Positions 23,550-32,720 are shown, numbered from the stretch's first letter. The stretch is 38,762 nt of DNA from Umezawaea sp. (GCA_035559015.1 DATMCA010001102.1:1-38762), one strand, 5' to 3'. Notes: generated by a model from the sequence alone, not told the origin. Translations and numbers: made by a program.

Positions 23550-25294
23550 TTCTCAATCACCCGCTTCGGGATCTTCGCGCCGCCGGCCGGTGCGTGCCGC
23601 AACGCGTGGATGACGGTCGCCTTGATTTCCCGGTCACTGACCAGGGGCCGGCCGTTGTAGTTGACCGTGATGTACGTGTTCCCACCACCGCCGCTACCAC
23701 CTCCACCACCAGACCGGCTCGAGGCGGTACTGCGCTTCACCGCCGCTACCGCCTTGTCTTGAGCCAGCATCCGAGCGTCGCGGCGCTTGCTGCCCCGCGA
23801 CGTACGTAGGCCCTTCCTGACGAAATCCCTTGGCGTTCCCTGGTGGGGGATGATCGACCCGCGGTTCGGGGCCGTGAACAACTCCGGGCCCTGCTCGCCG
23901 ACCAAATATGTGGTACCGCCCGATACGGGCCCGCCGGCCGCACGCGCACCGAGCGCGCCCGGGGCGTACACCCCGAGGCCCTGCCCGGCCGTCCCGGGCC
24001 CCTTGCCCCGCTGGTAGAACGTCGTCGTCACCGAGACGTTCACCTTTTTCCCGTGAACGTTGTTGATCGAGGCCCTCAGGCCGTCGACCTTCGCCTTCGC
24101 CTCGTTCGCGGTCCGGGCGGCCGACCGGAACGCGGCCCCTGCTTTACCGGGCAGGTGGCCGAGCACTCCGAACAGCTTCCCCATTGCGCCGATGTAGATG
24201 CTGACCGCGCCGAGGACGACGTTCGACACCGCCTTGAACACTGAGATCGTGGCGTCCCGGAAGGTCTGCGAGCTCTTGTACGCCTTCACGAAGACGGCCG
24301 CGAGCAACACCAGGCCGACCACGACTAGGGAAACGGGGTTGGCGAGCATCGCGACGCCGAGGGCGACGAACCCGGCGGCGAGCGCACCCACCGCGACCGC
24401 AGCTGCTTGAGCGGCGCCCGGGTTCTTCTCCAGCCACGCCAGCAGTTGAATGCCCTTGTCGAGGACCCTGGTCACGATCGGGATGAGCTTCTGGCCGAGG
24501 GTGGCGGACAGGTTCCCCCACCGCTCCTTCATGGCCTCGACCTTCGCCGAGAGGTTCCCCGACTCACGGGACGCCGCACCGAGCGCGGGACCGGCCTGCT
24601 TCATGACCAGGTTCATGGTGGCCTGGCCCTTCGCCGCAGCTTGGGCTTTCGTGCTCAGCTTGTTGAACTCGGACTGCGTTTTCACGCCGGCGACCCGGAA
24701 CGCTTCCGTGCTGATCTTCGCCGCGGACAGGCCGATCCCGTACCGCTCGATCGGGTCGAACTCGCCTTTGAACGCCGACCCGAGCGCCTCGACCGCGTCT
24801 TTCGTCGGCCCACCGAACGTGGCCGCGAGGTCGGCGCCGGTCTGCAGCATGAGCTTCGTCTTGCCGGCGAGCTTGTCTTGGGACACGCCCTGGTTCTTCA
24901 GGGTCGCCCCGATCAGGTTCGCCGAGTTGCGGTACTCGTTCGCGGTCAGGCGCACGCTGTCCCGCTCGTTCTTCGACTTCTTGATGATGGTGTTCGCGTA
25001 TTTGCCGAACACCGTCTGGGTGGCGCCGATCGACTCCTGAGACTCGCCGGCCGCCTTCACTGAGTCGTACCCGAGTTTCAGGACGGCGGCGCCGGCGAGT
25101 AGGCCACCGGTCTTCATGACCTCGGCGGATTTCTGCCAGCCCTTCGACTGCCGGATGCCCGCTTTCTCGACCTTCTTCGAGCTCTTGTCGAACCGGTCGG
25201 CGGTACGTTCCGCGGTGTCGCCCGACTTCTCGAGCGATCTCGATAGCGAGACGTCCTCGCCGATCAGGCGGGCCCTGATGATCCGGTCAGTCAT
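23546..25294 (-). CDS. tape measure protein (582 aa)
   Basis: A/K-rich helical sequence, ADLAATFGG...GEFDPIERYG, ANPV, C-terminal RAAGGPV...YLVGEQGPELF; ATGA overlap at 25294. Confidence 0.9.
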   Translation of the reverse strand: MTDRIIRARLIGEDVSLSRSLEKSGDTAERTADRFDKSSKKVEKAGIRQSKGWQKSAEVMKTGGLLAGAAVLKLGYDSVKAAGESQESIGATQTVFGKYANTIIKKSKNERDSVRLTANEYRNSANLIGATLKNQGVSQDKLAGKTKLMLQTGADLAATFGGPTKDAVEALGSAFKGEFDPIERYGIGLSAAKISTEAFRVAGVKTQSEFNKLSTKAQAAAKGQATMNLVMKQAGPALGAASRESGNLSAKVEAMKERWGNLSATLGQKLIPIVTRVLDKGIQLLAWLEKNPGAAQAAAVAVGALAAGFVALGVAMLANPVSLVVVGLVLLAAVFVKAYKSSQTFRDATISVFKAVSNVVLGAVSIYIGAMGKLFGVLGHLPGKAGAAFRSAARTANEAKAKVDGLRASINNVHGKKVNVSVTTTFYQRGKGPGTAGQGLGVYAPGALGARAAGGPVSGGTTYLVGEQGPELFTAPNRGSIIPHQGTPRDFVRKGLRTSRGSKRRDARMLAQDKAVAAVKRSTASSRSGGGGGSGGGGNTYITVNYNGRPLVSDREIKATVIHALRHAPAGGAKIPKRVIEK

Positions 25295-25458
25295 GTACGT
25301 CTCGCTTCCGCTGCTTCTCGCTCTGCCTGCCGGTTTCGTTCGTCGATCAGATCCGCCAACGCCACGACCTCCCACAGCTTGAGTTGCTCGCGCTCCCACG
25401 GCTTGATACCGAAACCATCGAGGAACGCGAGCATGTACTCATCGCAGAGGTCTACGGG
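25291..25458 (-). CDS. tail assembly chaperone extension (gpT-like, -1 frame)
   Basis: FGIKPWEREQLKLWE motif; overlaps the gpG stop and is coupled to the tape measure start. Confidence 0.6.
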   Translation of the reverse strand, partial: PVDLCDEYMLAFLDGFGIKPWEREQLKLWEVVALADLIDERNRQAEREAAEARRT

Positions 25459-25883
25459 GTCGCGGTCGGGTCGGCGTCGGCGGTCGTCCCGCTCTGGTCG
25501 GCGCTCGCGGGTTCGTCCACGGCCGCCGGGTTCGTAGGAGGGATCGCGACCCCGGTGTGGTACTTCGAATCGATGGGCTGCCCGCAGCCCGCGCAATCCC
25601 CGTCCTCGTCGAGGTCGACCACGTCGTGAGGGGCAATGTCGAAATCAGCGAGCTTGAGCGCGGTGAATTCCTTCAACCCGATGAGGCCCGGTTCCTCAGC
25701 GCGGATCGCCAGCAGGCAGTACGCGCACTGCAGTTCCATCGAGTCGAGATCGTCGATCTGCCGGATCCCGTTCGCCGCCTTGAACGACTTCATCGTCGCC
25801 ACGCTGAACTCGGCGAGAATCCCCATCCGCTTGTCCGGGCCCTGGAACACCCGGTCGCCGGTCTTCCTCCACGTGAACTGCAC
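25452..25883 (-). CDS. tail assembly chaperone (gpG-like)
   Basis: Position before the tape measure; GGGAG RBS; CAGC...H insertion. Confidence 0.7.
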   Translation of the reverse strand: MQFTWRKTGDRVFQGPDKRMGILAEFSVATMKSFKAANGIRQIDDLDSMELQCAYCLLAIRAEEPGLIGLKEFTALKLADFDIAPHDVVDLDEDGDCAGCGQPIDSKYHTGVAIPPTNPAAVDEPASADQSGTTADADPTATP

Positions 25884-25917
25884 AGTCGTTCTCCCTGCTG
25901 GTCGCGCGGGGTTCGGG

Positions 25918-26394
25918 TTACCCGCCTGACGCGAGTTTACGGGCGACCCGGTCCACCGATTCCAGGAAGCCCTTCACCAGTTCCTCCCCGACGTCGTCGA
26001 TGGCCCTGTTCGCGAACCCGGGCGCGATCAGCTGCAGCACCCACGGATCGTCACCGAACGTCGGGTGCCGCAGCCGGCCCGAGTTGATCGCGGGCAGATC
26101 GGTGAGGCCCTTCGACCCGCGGTGCTGGATCTTCAACGCCAGGCCCACCGACCGGCCGGTGAGTTTCGTCTGAGCGGACACCCGGGCCCGGGACGCCACC
26201 CACACGTTGAGGCCCTTCTTGTGGGGAAGGTCAGAGAACGCGTGCTCCCTGACCTTCCCCTGCGCTGTCTTCCCCGCGTCCCGTCCAGCCTTCAGTAGCT
26301 CTTTCCGCAGTTCCCGGTTCCCGGCCGCCTTCAGGTCGGCCCCGAGCTTCCGCAGGTCATCTACGCCACCGAAGCCCGCCTGGAACCCGGCCAT
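25918..26394 (-). CDS. HK97 gp10-like tail completion protein
   Basis: GVDDLRKLGADLKAAG..ELRKEL...GRLRHPTFG...WVLQ...PGF pattern. Confidence 0.65.
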   Translation of the reverse strand: MAGFQAGFGGVDDLRKLGADLKAAGNRELRKELLKAGRDAGKTAQGKVREHAFSDLPHKKGLNVWVASRARVSAQTKLTGRSVGLALKIQHRGSKGLTDLPAINSGRLRHPTFGDDPWVLQLIAPGFANRAIDDVGEELVKGFLESVDRVARKLASGG

Positions 26395-26395
26395 C

Positions 26396-27421
26396 TCAGA
26401 GCGCGGTGTCGGCGGTCCGGGCGACCACGTACAACGGCGACGACGCAACGAGGCCGTCGAGAACCGCGAGTTCCAGGCCCTCGAACATGGCGACCTCGCC
26501 GTCGGAAAACGTCGGCGTCGCACCCGCGTTGATCATCGTGGCGGGGGCGACGACCTGGTACTGGGCGAACCCCGGGGCTACGGCTTCCGGGCTGGTCAAC
26601 GTGACGTAGAAGGCGTTCTGCGTCTGGGCCAGATACGCGTCACGGATGGTCGTGTCGTACTCGATGTCAGCGGTGATCGTCGGCTCTTTCAGACCCGACG
26701 ACGGCTGAGCGTACGCCGACAGGTTCGGTCGCTGCCCGAGCGCGTTGTCACACTCGATCTTGATCGACCGCCAGTTCGTGACCGCCGTCCCACCGGTCGC
26801 CAGAGCGGTCGTGGTCGGCGCCGTCACCGTGCCCCCGTAGACAACCGCGACGACGTCCTTCGCGACGTAGTTCGTCGGGAGCGACGGCATGACCGGGGCG
26901 GTCAGGGCGGTCGCGGTGTCCGGGGCCCGCCGCAGGTCGAACACGACCTCGAGGGTGACCAGGTCATCCGAGTCCGGCGGGGGGATGTCCAGGGTCCACT
27001 TGCTGACAGTGGCGCCCGTGTACCGGTGGGGGCGGCTGGTCCCGGTCGTGTCGATGATCCCGACCTGGATCGTCGCCGACTTCAGGCTGATACCGGACTG
27101 CACAAGGGTGTGGTTCTGCTGGTACTGCGACCCGCTGATCAGGTTGCTGACGCTGGTCGGCAGGCACAGCGACCACAGCAGACCGAACCCCTTGCTGATG
27201 AGTTCGACCTTGACCGTCATCGTTCCGGACCCCAGACCCGCCCGCCGGCGGCCGGCGCGGGGAACGATCGACCCGACCCGCAGGCCCTCGCCCTGCTTGA
27301 TCTCCGGGTCGAACTCGACGGTCGAGTCGGCCATGATCTCGAACCATCTGGTTTCGACCGCGGCCGTCGCGAACGTGGATTCGACGGACAGGCCCATCGT
27401 GTGATCGAGAACGCTGCTCAT
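26396..27421 (-). CDS. major tail tube protein
   Basis: ESTFATA, GEGLR, SATIQVG...YTGATVSKWTL; 341 aa in the tail-tube slot. Confidence 0.85.
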   Translation of the reverse strand: MSSVLDHTMGLSVESTFATAAVETRWFEIMADSTVEFDPEIKQGEGLRVGSIVPRAGRRRAGLGSGTMTVKVELISKGFGLLWSLCLPTSVSNLISGSQYQQNHTLVQSGISLKSATIQVGIIDTTGTSRPHRYTGATVSKWTLDIPPPDSDDLVTLEVVFDLRRAPDTATALTAPVMPSLPTNYVAKDVVAVVYGGTVTAPTTTALATGGTAVTNWRSIKIECDNALGQRPNLSAYAQPSSGLKEPTITADIEYDTTIRDAYLAQTQNAFYVTLTSPEAVAPGFAQYQVVAPATMINAGATPTFSDGEVAMFEGLELAVLDGLVASSPLYVVARTADTAL

Positions 27422-27639
27422 TTGCTGTCACCTTCCGTGTTACCCGAGCTCGCGCCCGATCGTTTCGGCACCGGATCCCAGTTGCCGACCTGCAAGACCA
27501 GATCGGCGGCGAGGTCCGCGCGGACCTCGATCACCTCACCGGCCGCCACCGAGTGCCGTTCCCCGGTCACCGGGTCGAACAGGACGACGTCGCCCATCGG
27601 GTTCGTGTTGCGGACTTTCGCCGTACTCGCGTCGACCAT
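27418..27639 (-). CDS. small virion-associated hypothetical protein
   Basis: AGGAG RBS; VAAGEVIEV...Q..NW pattern. Confidence 0.7.
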   Translation of the reverse strand: MVDASTAKVRNTNPMGDVVLFDPVTGERHSVAAGEVIEVRADLAADLVLQVGNWDPVPKRSGASSGNTEGDSK

Positions 27640-27648
27640 GTGGTTCTC

Positions 27649-28131
27649 CTAATTCCTGAATCGGGCGGAAATGCGGACGGGGAATTCGTAGTAAGCATTC
27701 AACGGGCCACCAGTGTCAGAGGCTTCGGACTCGCCGAACTCCCATGATCCCTGCACCACGGCCAGGACCGCCGCCCCGGTCAACCCCAGGTCCTCCGAAG
27801 GAAGCATCCGCAGGGCGTGCTCGAGGACCCCGTACAGATAGATGCACCGCTCAGACACGACCTGCTGATCGGCGGCCGCCCCGTTCGACGACACCGACAC
27901 CCCGCACCGGATGTCGTAGATCTCCCGCATCTGCCGGGCCGGCCCGAGCGACTGCGGGACCGTCTCGCCGGCCGCACCACCGATCGTGACCCGCTCCGCA
28001 CCCGACACGGTCACCCGCCGCCCGTACGTGACCTGCACCGCCGTATCCCCGGACGCGGCCAGGGCGGCCACCCACAGATCCTTCAGCGCGGCCTTCGCGA
28101 GCGCCAGCGTCGTTGTGGTCGTCGTCGTCAT
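27649..28131 (-). CDS. tail terminator / neck protein
   Basis: VQVTYG...REIYDI.C.VSV...; position between adaptor and tail tube. Confidence 0.65.
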   Translation of the reverse strand: MTTTTTTTLALAKAALKDLWVAALAASGDTAVQVTYGRRVTVSGAERVTIGGAAGETVPQSLGPARQMREIYDIRCGVSVSSNGAAADQQVVSERCIYLYGVLEHALRMLPSEDLGLTGAAVLAVVQGSWEFGESEASDTGGPLNAYYEFPVRISARFRN

Positions 28132-28967
28132 GCGATCGCCAACTGTCGGAGGTTCCGGTAGGCGATGTACGTCTCGGACGGTGTCCGGCTACCGGCGGCG
28201 ACCGTCTGCAGGGCCGCGTCGACGTCGTCCATGGACGGGTGCGGCATCTGCCTCGACATCTGCCAGGACCGGGCCACGATCGTCATCCCGACCGCCCGGG
28301 CGACCAGGGGCGGTGACTGGTCACCGGCCACGTAGGTGATCGTGATGTTCTGCCGGCCGCCGCACCATCGGCGGGCGGATTGCTGGCCACCGCGGTAGAG
28401 GATCCCGACCGCCGACGAGAACGTGTAATCGGTGCCCGCAGTCAGGGCGATCCCGTCCTCGACGACGGTGGTCACCGACTGCACCGTGCCCGGAAGGACG
28501 ATCGCCGACGTCCCGCCGTCCACGGTCCGGGTGATGATCCTCGGGCTGATGATCCGGTTCAGGTCCTTCTCGACGGCGTCCGACGCGACCATGCACAGCC
28601 ACCGCAGCCAGTCGAGTTCGTCGGGGGTCACGATGATCCCGGCCGCGGCCAGGTGCTGAATCGCTTCGTCGGTGTCGATGAACCCGCCGCCGTCGACGGT
28701 CTCGACGATGAAGGACCGGCGGATCACGACCGGGATCCCCCCGACCGACGCCGTGAGCACCTCCCGGTGCAAGCCCGCCATCACGCTCGGATACACCACG
28801 TAGTAATCGCCCACGCCACCGTGCTGAACGGCCGGCGCAGTACCGGCGGTCATGTCCGGCTTGGTGATCGCGTACGAAGGTGTCGTGTCCGCGTCGATCG
28901 GGTCGACCCCGTTGGGTGCGGTCAGTGTGAAGCTGCGCAACACACCATCACTGAAATCGATGGGCAC
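28128..28967 (-). CDS. head-to-tail adaptor with an extra N-terminal beta domain
   Basis: FIDTDEAIQHL...ASDAVE...RTVDGG...ITITYVAG adaptor signature, preceded by about 90 aa (ITKPD...GVGDY) of beta-sandwich-like sequence. Confidence 0.8.
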   Translation of the reverse strand: MPIDFSDGVLRSFTLTAPNGVDPIDADTTPSYAITKPDMTAGTAPAVQHGGVGDYYVVYPSVMAGLHREVLTASVGGIPVVIRRSFIVETVDGGGFIDTDEAIQHLAAAGIIVTPDELDWLRWLCMVASDAVEKDLNRIISPRIITRTVDGGTSAIVLPGTVQSVTTVVEDGIALTAGTDYTFSSAVGILYRGGQQSARRWCGGRQNITITYVAGDQSPPLVARAVGMTIVARSWQMSRQMPHPSMDDVDAALQTVAAGSRTPSETYIAYRNLRQLAIA

Positions 28968-29002
28968 TCCGGGTCACCTCCTGTGGTTGTCGTGTCTCAT
29001 TG

Positions 29003-30442
29003 TCAGGCCCCTGGGGTGCCGGTCGGGCCCTTGCGGGTACCAGGCGACCCGGTAGCGCCCCGCCGGCCGCCGGAGGTCGCCAGAGGGCCGCGGCGGGTGC
29101 CCGGGGATAGGTGGCCGGGCGGTAGGACGGTCGGCGCCGCCGGCGACCGGTACCCGAGCACCCCGAGCACCGACCGGCCGACGACGGCGACACGCTTACC
29201 GGGCGCCGACCGGGCGGCCGCTCCGAGCGCACCGCGCGCGGTCACAGCGGCAGTCTTCAGGGACACCCCGCGCGAGACGGCACCTACGGCGGCCAGCCCG
29301 GTCGCGACCCCGGTCTTGCGGGCAGTGACCCGGGCCACCGATCCGGCCGCAGCTGTTGCGACCGTGGGCGACACCTTCCGCCCGGTACCGGTCGCACTGG
29401 CCCCGGCCGCCGCCCGGGTCGCGACCGGCAGGGTCTTCCGGCCGGCCCCGACCGCCGCCATCCCGATACCGGCCCACCCGGTGACCGCCCGGGTAACCAC
29501 CGCGGCGAGCGAACCCGTCGCCGCCATACCGGCCGCGGCGCGGGCGGCGACGGCCGACACCTTCCGGCTGACGCCGGTCGCTGAACCTCCGAGCGCGGCC
29601 CGCGCCGTCGCCGTCGCCGTCTTCCGGCTGCCGCCGGCCGCCGCCGCGCCGATCGCGGCCCGTGCGGTCGGCGTCGACACCTTCCTCGCCGTAACCAACC
29701 CTGCCCCGCCAACGGCAGCACCGGCCGACGCCACCAGGACATGTTGGACCGTGCTCACACCGGAACCACCGAGCGTGGACACCACGGACACCGCGCGCAC
29801 CGCCGGCGGGACGATCTCCGTGCTCGACCCGATGTCCTGCGACACCCGGTCTATGACCATCCCGGTCGGCATCCCGAGCTCCGTGGCGGTCGGCGCCCCG
29901 TACCGGATCCGCAGGATCGGCAGAGCTGTTGTGCCTCCGCTTGCCGACTTGGTATCGAGCAACGTCCCGGATGCGTCGTAGATCTTCATCGTGACGGCCC
30001 CGGCTGCTGTTCCGATTCCTGTCCACACCAGGGTCACCCAATAAATCGTTCCGGCAGTGAGGGATATCGATGCCGCCGTCGTTGCCCCTGTTCCGGCATT
30101 CGCGGTGAGGGTAGTTGTCCCATTCGCCATGATCAGGTTTCCGAGACTCCCTGATGATGACCGAACGTCGATGATGCGGGCCGTAGCGGTCGCTGCCCCG
30201 GGAACGGTCAGCTTGAGCGTTACTGCGGCCTGCGCGCTGGTGGTGTCGTCCCAGCCCACGAACCGCTGAGCCGCGGTTCCGGAGAACAGGATCGACAGCA
30301 ACCCGTCGATAGCTGCGTTCGTCCATGTCGGCGACCCGCCGGACAGCAGAACGTTCGTCCATGGAGTACCGGATGAAACATCAGCCGTACTGACAGGACT
30401 GCCGTTCGTCCCGCCTTCAGCGTTGTTGTCGAACCTCGTCAT
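29003..30442 (-). CDS. fibre-like virion protein: N-terminal lectin-like domain plus about 20-aa Ala/Gly repeats
   Basis: NNAEGGTNG start, beta-rich T/G/S domain, then RKxxxxxxRAAxGxxAxGxx repeats. Confidence 0.6.
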   Translation of the reverse strand: MTRFDNNAEGGTNGSPVSTADVSSGTPWTNVLLSGGSPTWTNAAIDGLLSILFSGTAAQRFVGWDDTTSAQAAVTLKLTVPGAATATARIIDVRSSSGSLGNLIMANGTTTLTANAGTGATTAASISLTAGTIYWVTLVWTGIGTAAGAVTMKIYDASGTLLDTKSASGGTTALPILRIRYGAPTATELGMPTGMVIDRVSQDIGSSTEIVPPAVRAVSVVSTLGGSGVSTVQHVLVASAGAAVGGAGLVTARKVSTPTARAAIGAAAAGGSRKTATATARAALGGSATGVSRKVSAVAARAAAGMAATGSLAAVVTRAVTGWAGIGMAAVGAGRKTLPVATRAAAGASATGTGRKVSPTVATAAAGSVARVTARKTGVATGLAAVGAVSRGVSLKTAAVTARGALGAAARSAPGKRVAVVGRSVLGVLGYRSPAAPTVLPPGHLSPGTRRGPLATSGGRRGATGSPGTRKGPTGTPGA

Positions 30443-30488
30443 TGCGGCGCATCAATCCCGGTAGAAGGTCGCCCAGAACGAACTGACA

Positions 30489-31622
30489 TTAGAACTGGAC
30501 TCCTGTCATGGTCGCGCCGTCGATGTACGTGTTCGCGTCCGTCCCGAGGGTGGGGAAGGTGATGTGGCCGGCCCAGTTGCCGCTGAACCTCGCCGTGTTG
30601 GTGTCGTTCCCGCCGCTGCCCTGGTTGGCCTGCGACCGGTCGAACCGGTTCCGCACCCACGTCCCGAGGTGCGCACCCGTCACCCACGGGTTACCGCCGC
30701 CGTTGATGCAGTTCTCACCGCCACCGAACTGGCAGTCCCGGACATCGAACATCGTCGACGGCCCCTGACTCGAGAGGATCATGATGGCGCTGAAATCCGG
30801 GCCCGACATCTCCCCGGTCGACCACTTCCCGGTCCCGTTCGACGTCCACGGCGCGACGTACGGCCACCCACCCGGCTGCGACCCGATCGGCACACTGATG
30901 CGGGCCGCGGTGTCGGCGAGCGCGTACGCCTGCGCTTTCGTGTAGACCACGCCGGCGGCCGACTGCAGGAGAACGTGCGCGTACTGCAGGGCCGGCCGCG
31001 CGTCGATGATGACCCGGTCGAGGACCGTCCCGGATCCGCCCGCTTGGACGAGCCCATCGTTGTGGGTGACCTGGTCGGTGGGGTGGACGTCGCCCGGGGC
31101 CGCACCGGTCCACCGGGCTAGCCGGCGGATCACCACCCGGTGCAGTTCGACCCCGGTGGGCCAGTTGATCTGCGCCGACGTGTACCCGGATTTCGCGACC
31201 GACACGCCGTCCGTTGTTTCCTCGATCAGGCAGTCGTTCAGGATGAAGTTCTGGCCCTGGATCGCGTTGCGGTTCCCAGGTGTCTTGGGCCGCAGCACGC
31301 ACCGGTTCAGGACGATCCGGCGGGCGTTCGCGTTCGTCACCGACACCAGTGGGGATCCGGAGGTGTCGCCGGTGATCAGGCAGTCGTTCAGCGTGATGTC
31401 GGTGCCCGTGAAGCTCACCCGGGCGCCGTCGAAATGCACCCCGTTCACGACCTGCCCGGTCGTCGAACTGTAGGTCGTGTTCGACGTGACCGTAGTGGTC
31501 GTCTGCCCCCACGTCGCGATCTCAGCATCAGTCGGGAGATCGGGCCCGACCGTGCAGGTCACCGTCGCGGACGTCGAGTGCCCGCCCGCATCGGTGACCG
31601 TCGTCGTCGTCGAGAACAGCAT
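30489..31622 (-). CDS. right-handed beta-helix (pectate-lyase-like) protein, putative depolymerase
   Basis: ITLNDCLI, IVLNRCVL, FILNDCLI, VELHRVVI, VLDRVII and VRDCQF rungs; THNDG motif; TGATG overlap. Confidence 0.75.
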   Translation of the reverse strand: MLFSTTTTVTDAGGHSTSATVTCTVGPDLPTDAEIATWGQTTTTVTSNTTYSSTTGQVVNGVHFDGARVSFTGTDITLNDCLITGDTSGSPLVSVTNANARRIVLNRCVLRPKTPGNRNAIQGQNFILNDCLIEETTDGVSVAKSGYTSAQINWPTGVELHRVVIRRLARWTGAAPGDVHPTDQVTHNDGLVQAGGSGTVLDRVIIDARPALQYAHVLLQSAAGVVYTKAQAYALADTAARISVPIGSQPGGWPYVAPWTSNGTGKWSTGEMSGPDFSAIMILSSQGPSTMFDVRDCQFGGGENCINGGGNPWVTGAHLGTWVRNRFDRSQANQGSGGNDTNTARFSGNWAGHITFPTLGTDANTYIDGATMTGVQF

Positions 31623-31900
31623 CAGGGCGCCGGCGCGGTGAACACCGACTGGTTCAGCGTCGCCGCGACCAGCGTCCACGTCACGGCCGGCGTCGACACG
31701 GGGGTGACCGACGCAGCACCATCGATGACCACGGTCGTCGGCGCGCCGACCCCGGTGGCACCGGTCGAGTCCGTGACCGACGTAGTCGTGGAAACGATCT
31801 TCCGGTCGACGTCGGTGTGGTTGACCGTCAGGGTCATGAGCTCGCCCGGCTGGTAGTTCGCCTTGCCGTAGGTCTGACTGGTGATGACGGGTGCAGCCAT
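31622..31900 (-). CDS. small Ig-like virion protein (92 aa)
   Basis: APVITS...YQPGELMTLTV...TD pattern; T/V-rich; GAGGA RBS. Confidence 0.6.
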   Translation of the reverse strand: MAAPVITSQTYGKANYQPGELMTLTVNHTDVDRKIVSTTTSVTDSTGATGVGAPTTVVIDGAASVTPVSTPAVTWTLVAATLNQSVFTAPAP

Positions 31901-31950
31901 GATTGGTTCCTCAGTTTCGGGTCGGTGTTTCACGGGAAACATGCACGGCC

Positions 31951-31980
31951 GGCCCGGACCAACCAGGGCCCGGACCAACC
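31951..31980. repeat. 14-bp direct repeat GGCCCGGACCAACC x2
   Basis: Copies at 31951-31964 and 31967-31980 in the intergenic gap. Confidence 0.7.
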
Positions 31981-31995
31981 GGTAAAGCCAGCAGA

Positions 31996-32649
31996 TCAGA
32001 TCGCCGTCGCGTCGAGGACCAGGGCGCCGATCGCGACCGTGACCTGACCCTGGGACGCGAACACCTCGGGGATGACCCGCTGAAAGTACAGCTCGCCGAT
32101 CGCAGTGATGTTGACCGCCGACCCACCGGACGTCGTCGACAGCTGAAACGTGTCCGTCGTCGAGCCGACCACGAAGTACGTGGTCCCCTCCGTGAAACCG
32201 GTCGGCAGCGATTCCGCGAACACGTTGTACACGCGGACCTGGTTCGTGTTCGCCAGACCGTGAGCAGCCGACGTGATCGTGTCCGAGGTGACACCAGCCG
32301 CGTCGACGGTCCCGAACCCCTTCGTCGACCCGTTGATCGGCGCGTACCCCAGGTAGTTGCCGACCGCGTTACCGGTGCCGGCGTTGAAGAACAAAAGATC
32401 GGAGTAGGTACCAGCGGGCACGTCGATCGTGAGCGCCCCCGAGTTCGCCTGCTGACCAGACGCGGCCGCCGACCACGCCACCGCGACCCGCGCGTACGCC
32501 GGACTACCGCCGGTCGCCTCTGTACCCGTGAGCGTGGTAGCGGTACCCGGATCGCCGGCAACGCCAACCCCGATGAACTTGATACCCGACGTCGTGTTCG
32601 TGATGCCCGCCGAAAACGCGAGGTTCTTCGCGGTGTCGTTGAACGGCAT
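31996..32649 (-). CDS. fibre/decoration-type virion structural protein (217 aa)
   Basis: DPG...EATGG..YARVAVAW...GNYLG core with an inserted TITSAAHGL...TTYFVV..TTDTFQLS module; AAGGGAG RBS. Confidence 0.7.
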   Translation of the reverse strand: MPFNDTAKNLAFSAGITNTTSGIKFIGVGVAGDPGTATTLTGTEATGGSPAYARVAVAWSAAASGQQANSGALTIDVPAGTYSDLLFFNAGTGNAVGNYLGYAPINGSTKGFGTVDAAGVTSDTITSAAHGLANTNQVRVYNVFAESLPTGFTEGTTYFVVGSTTDTFQLSTTSGGSAVNITAIGELYFQRVIPEVFASQGQVTVAIGALVLDATAI

Positions 32650-32687
32650 ATGCCCTATCTCCCTTGGACCCGGTGCGAAAGTTGGAA

Positions 32688-32720
32688 CGGGCCCGGCAGA
32701 CACGATGTCCGCCGGGCCCG
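32688..32720 (-). terminator. stem-loop, probable partial terminator after the capsid genes
   Basis: CGGGCCCGGC/GCCGGGCCCG stem, followed on the minus strand by TTCCAACTTT. Confidence 0.55.

Noticed and set aside
29196-30362. 388-aa alternative-frame ORF overlapping the repeat fibre gene
   Set aside because: R/G/D-rich shadow of Ala/Thr codons with no independent motif, unlike the nested MTase ORF
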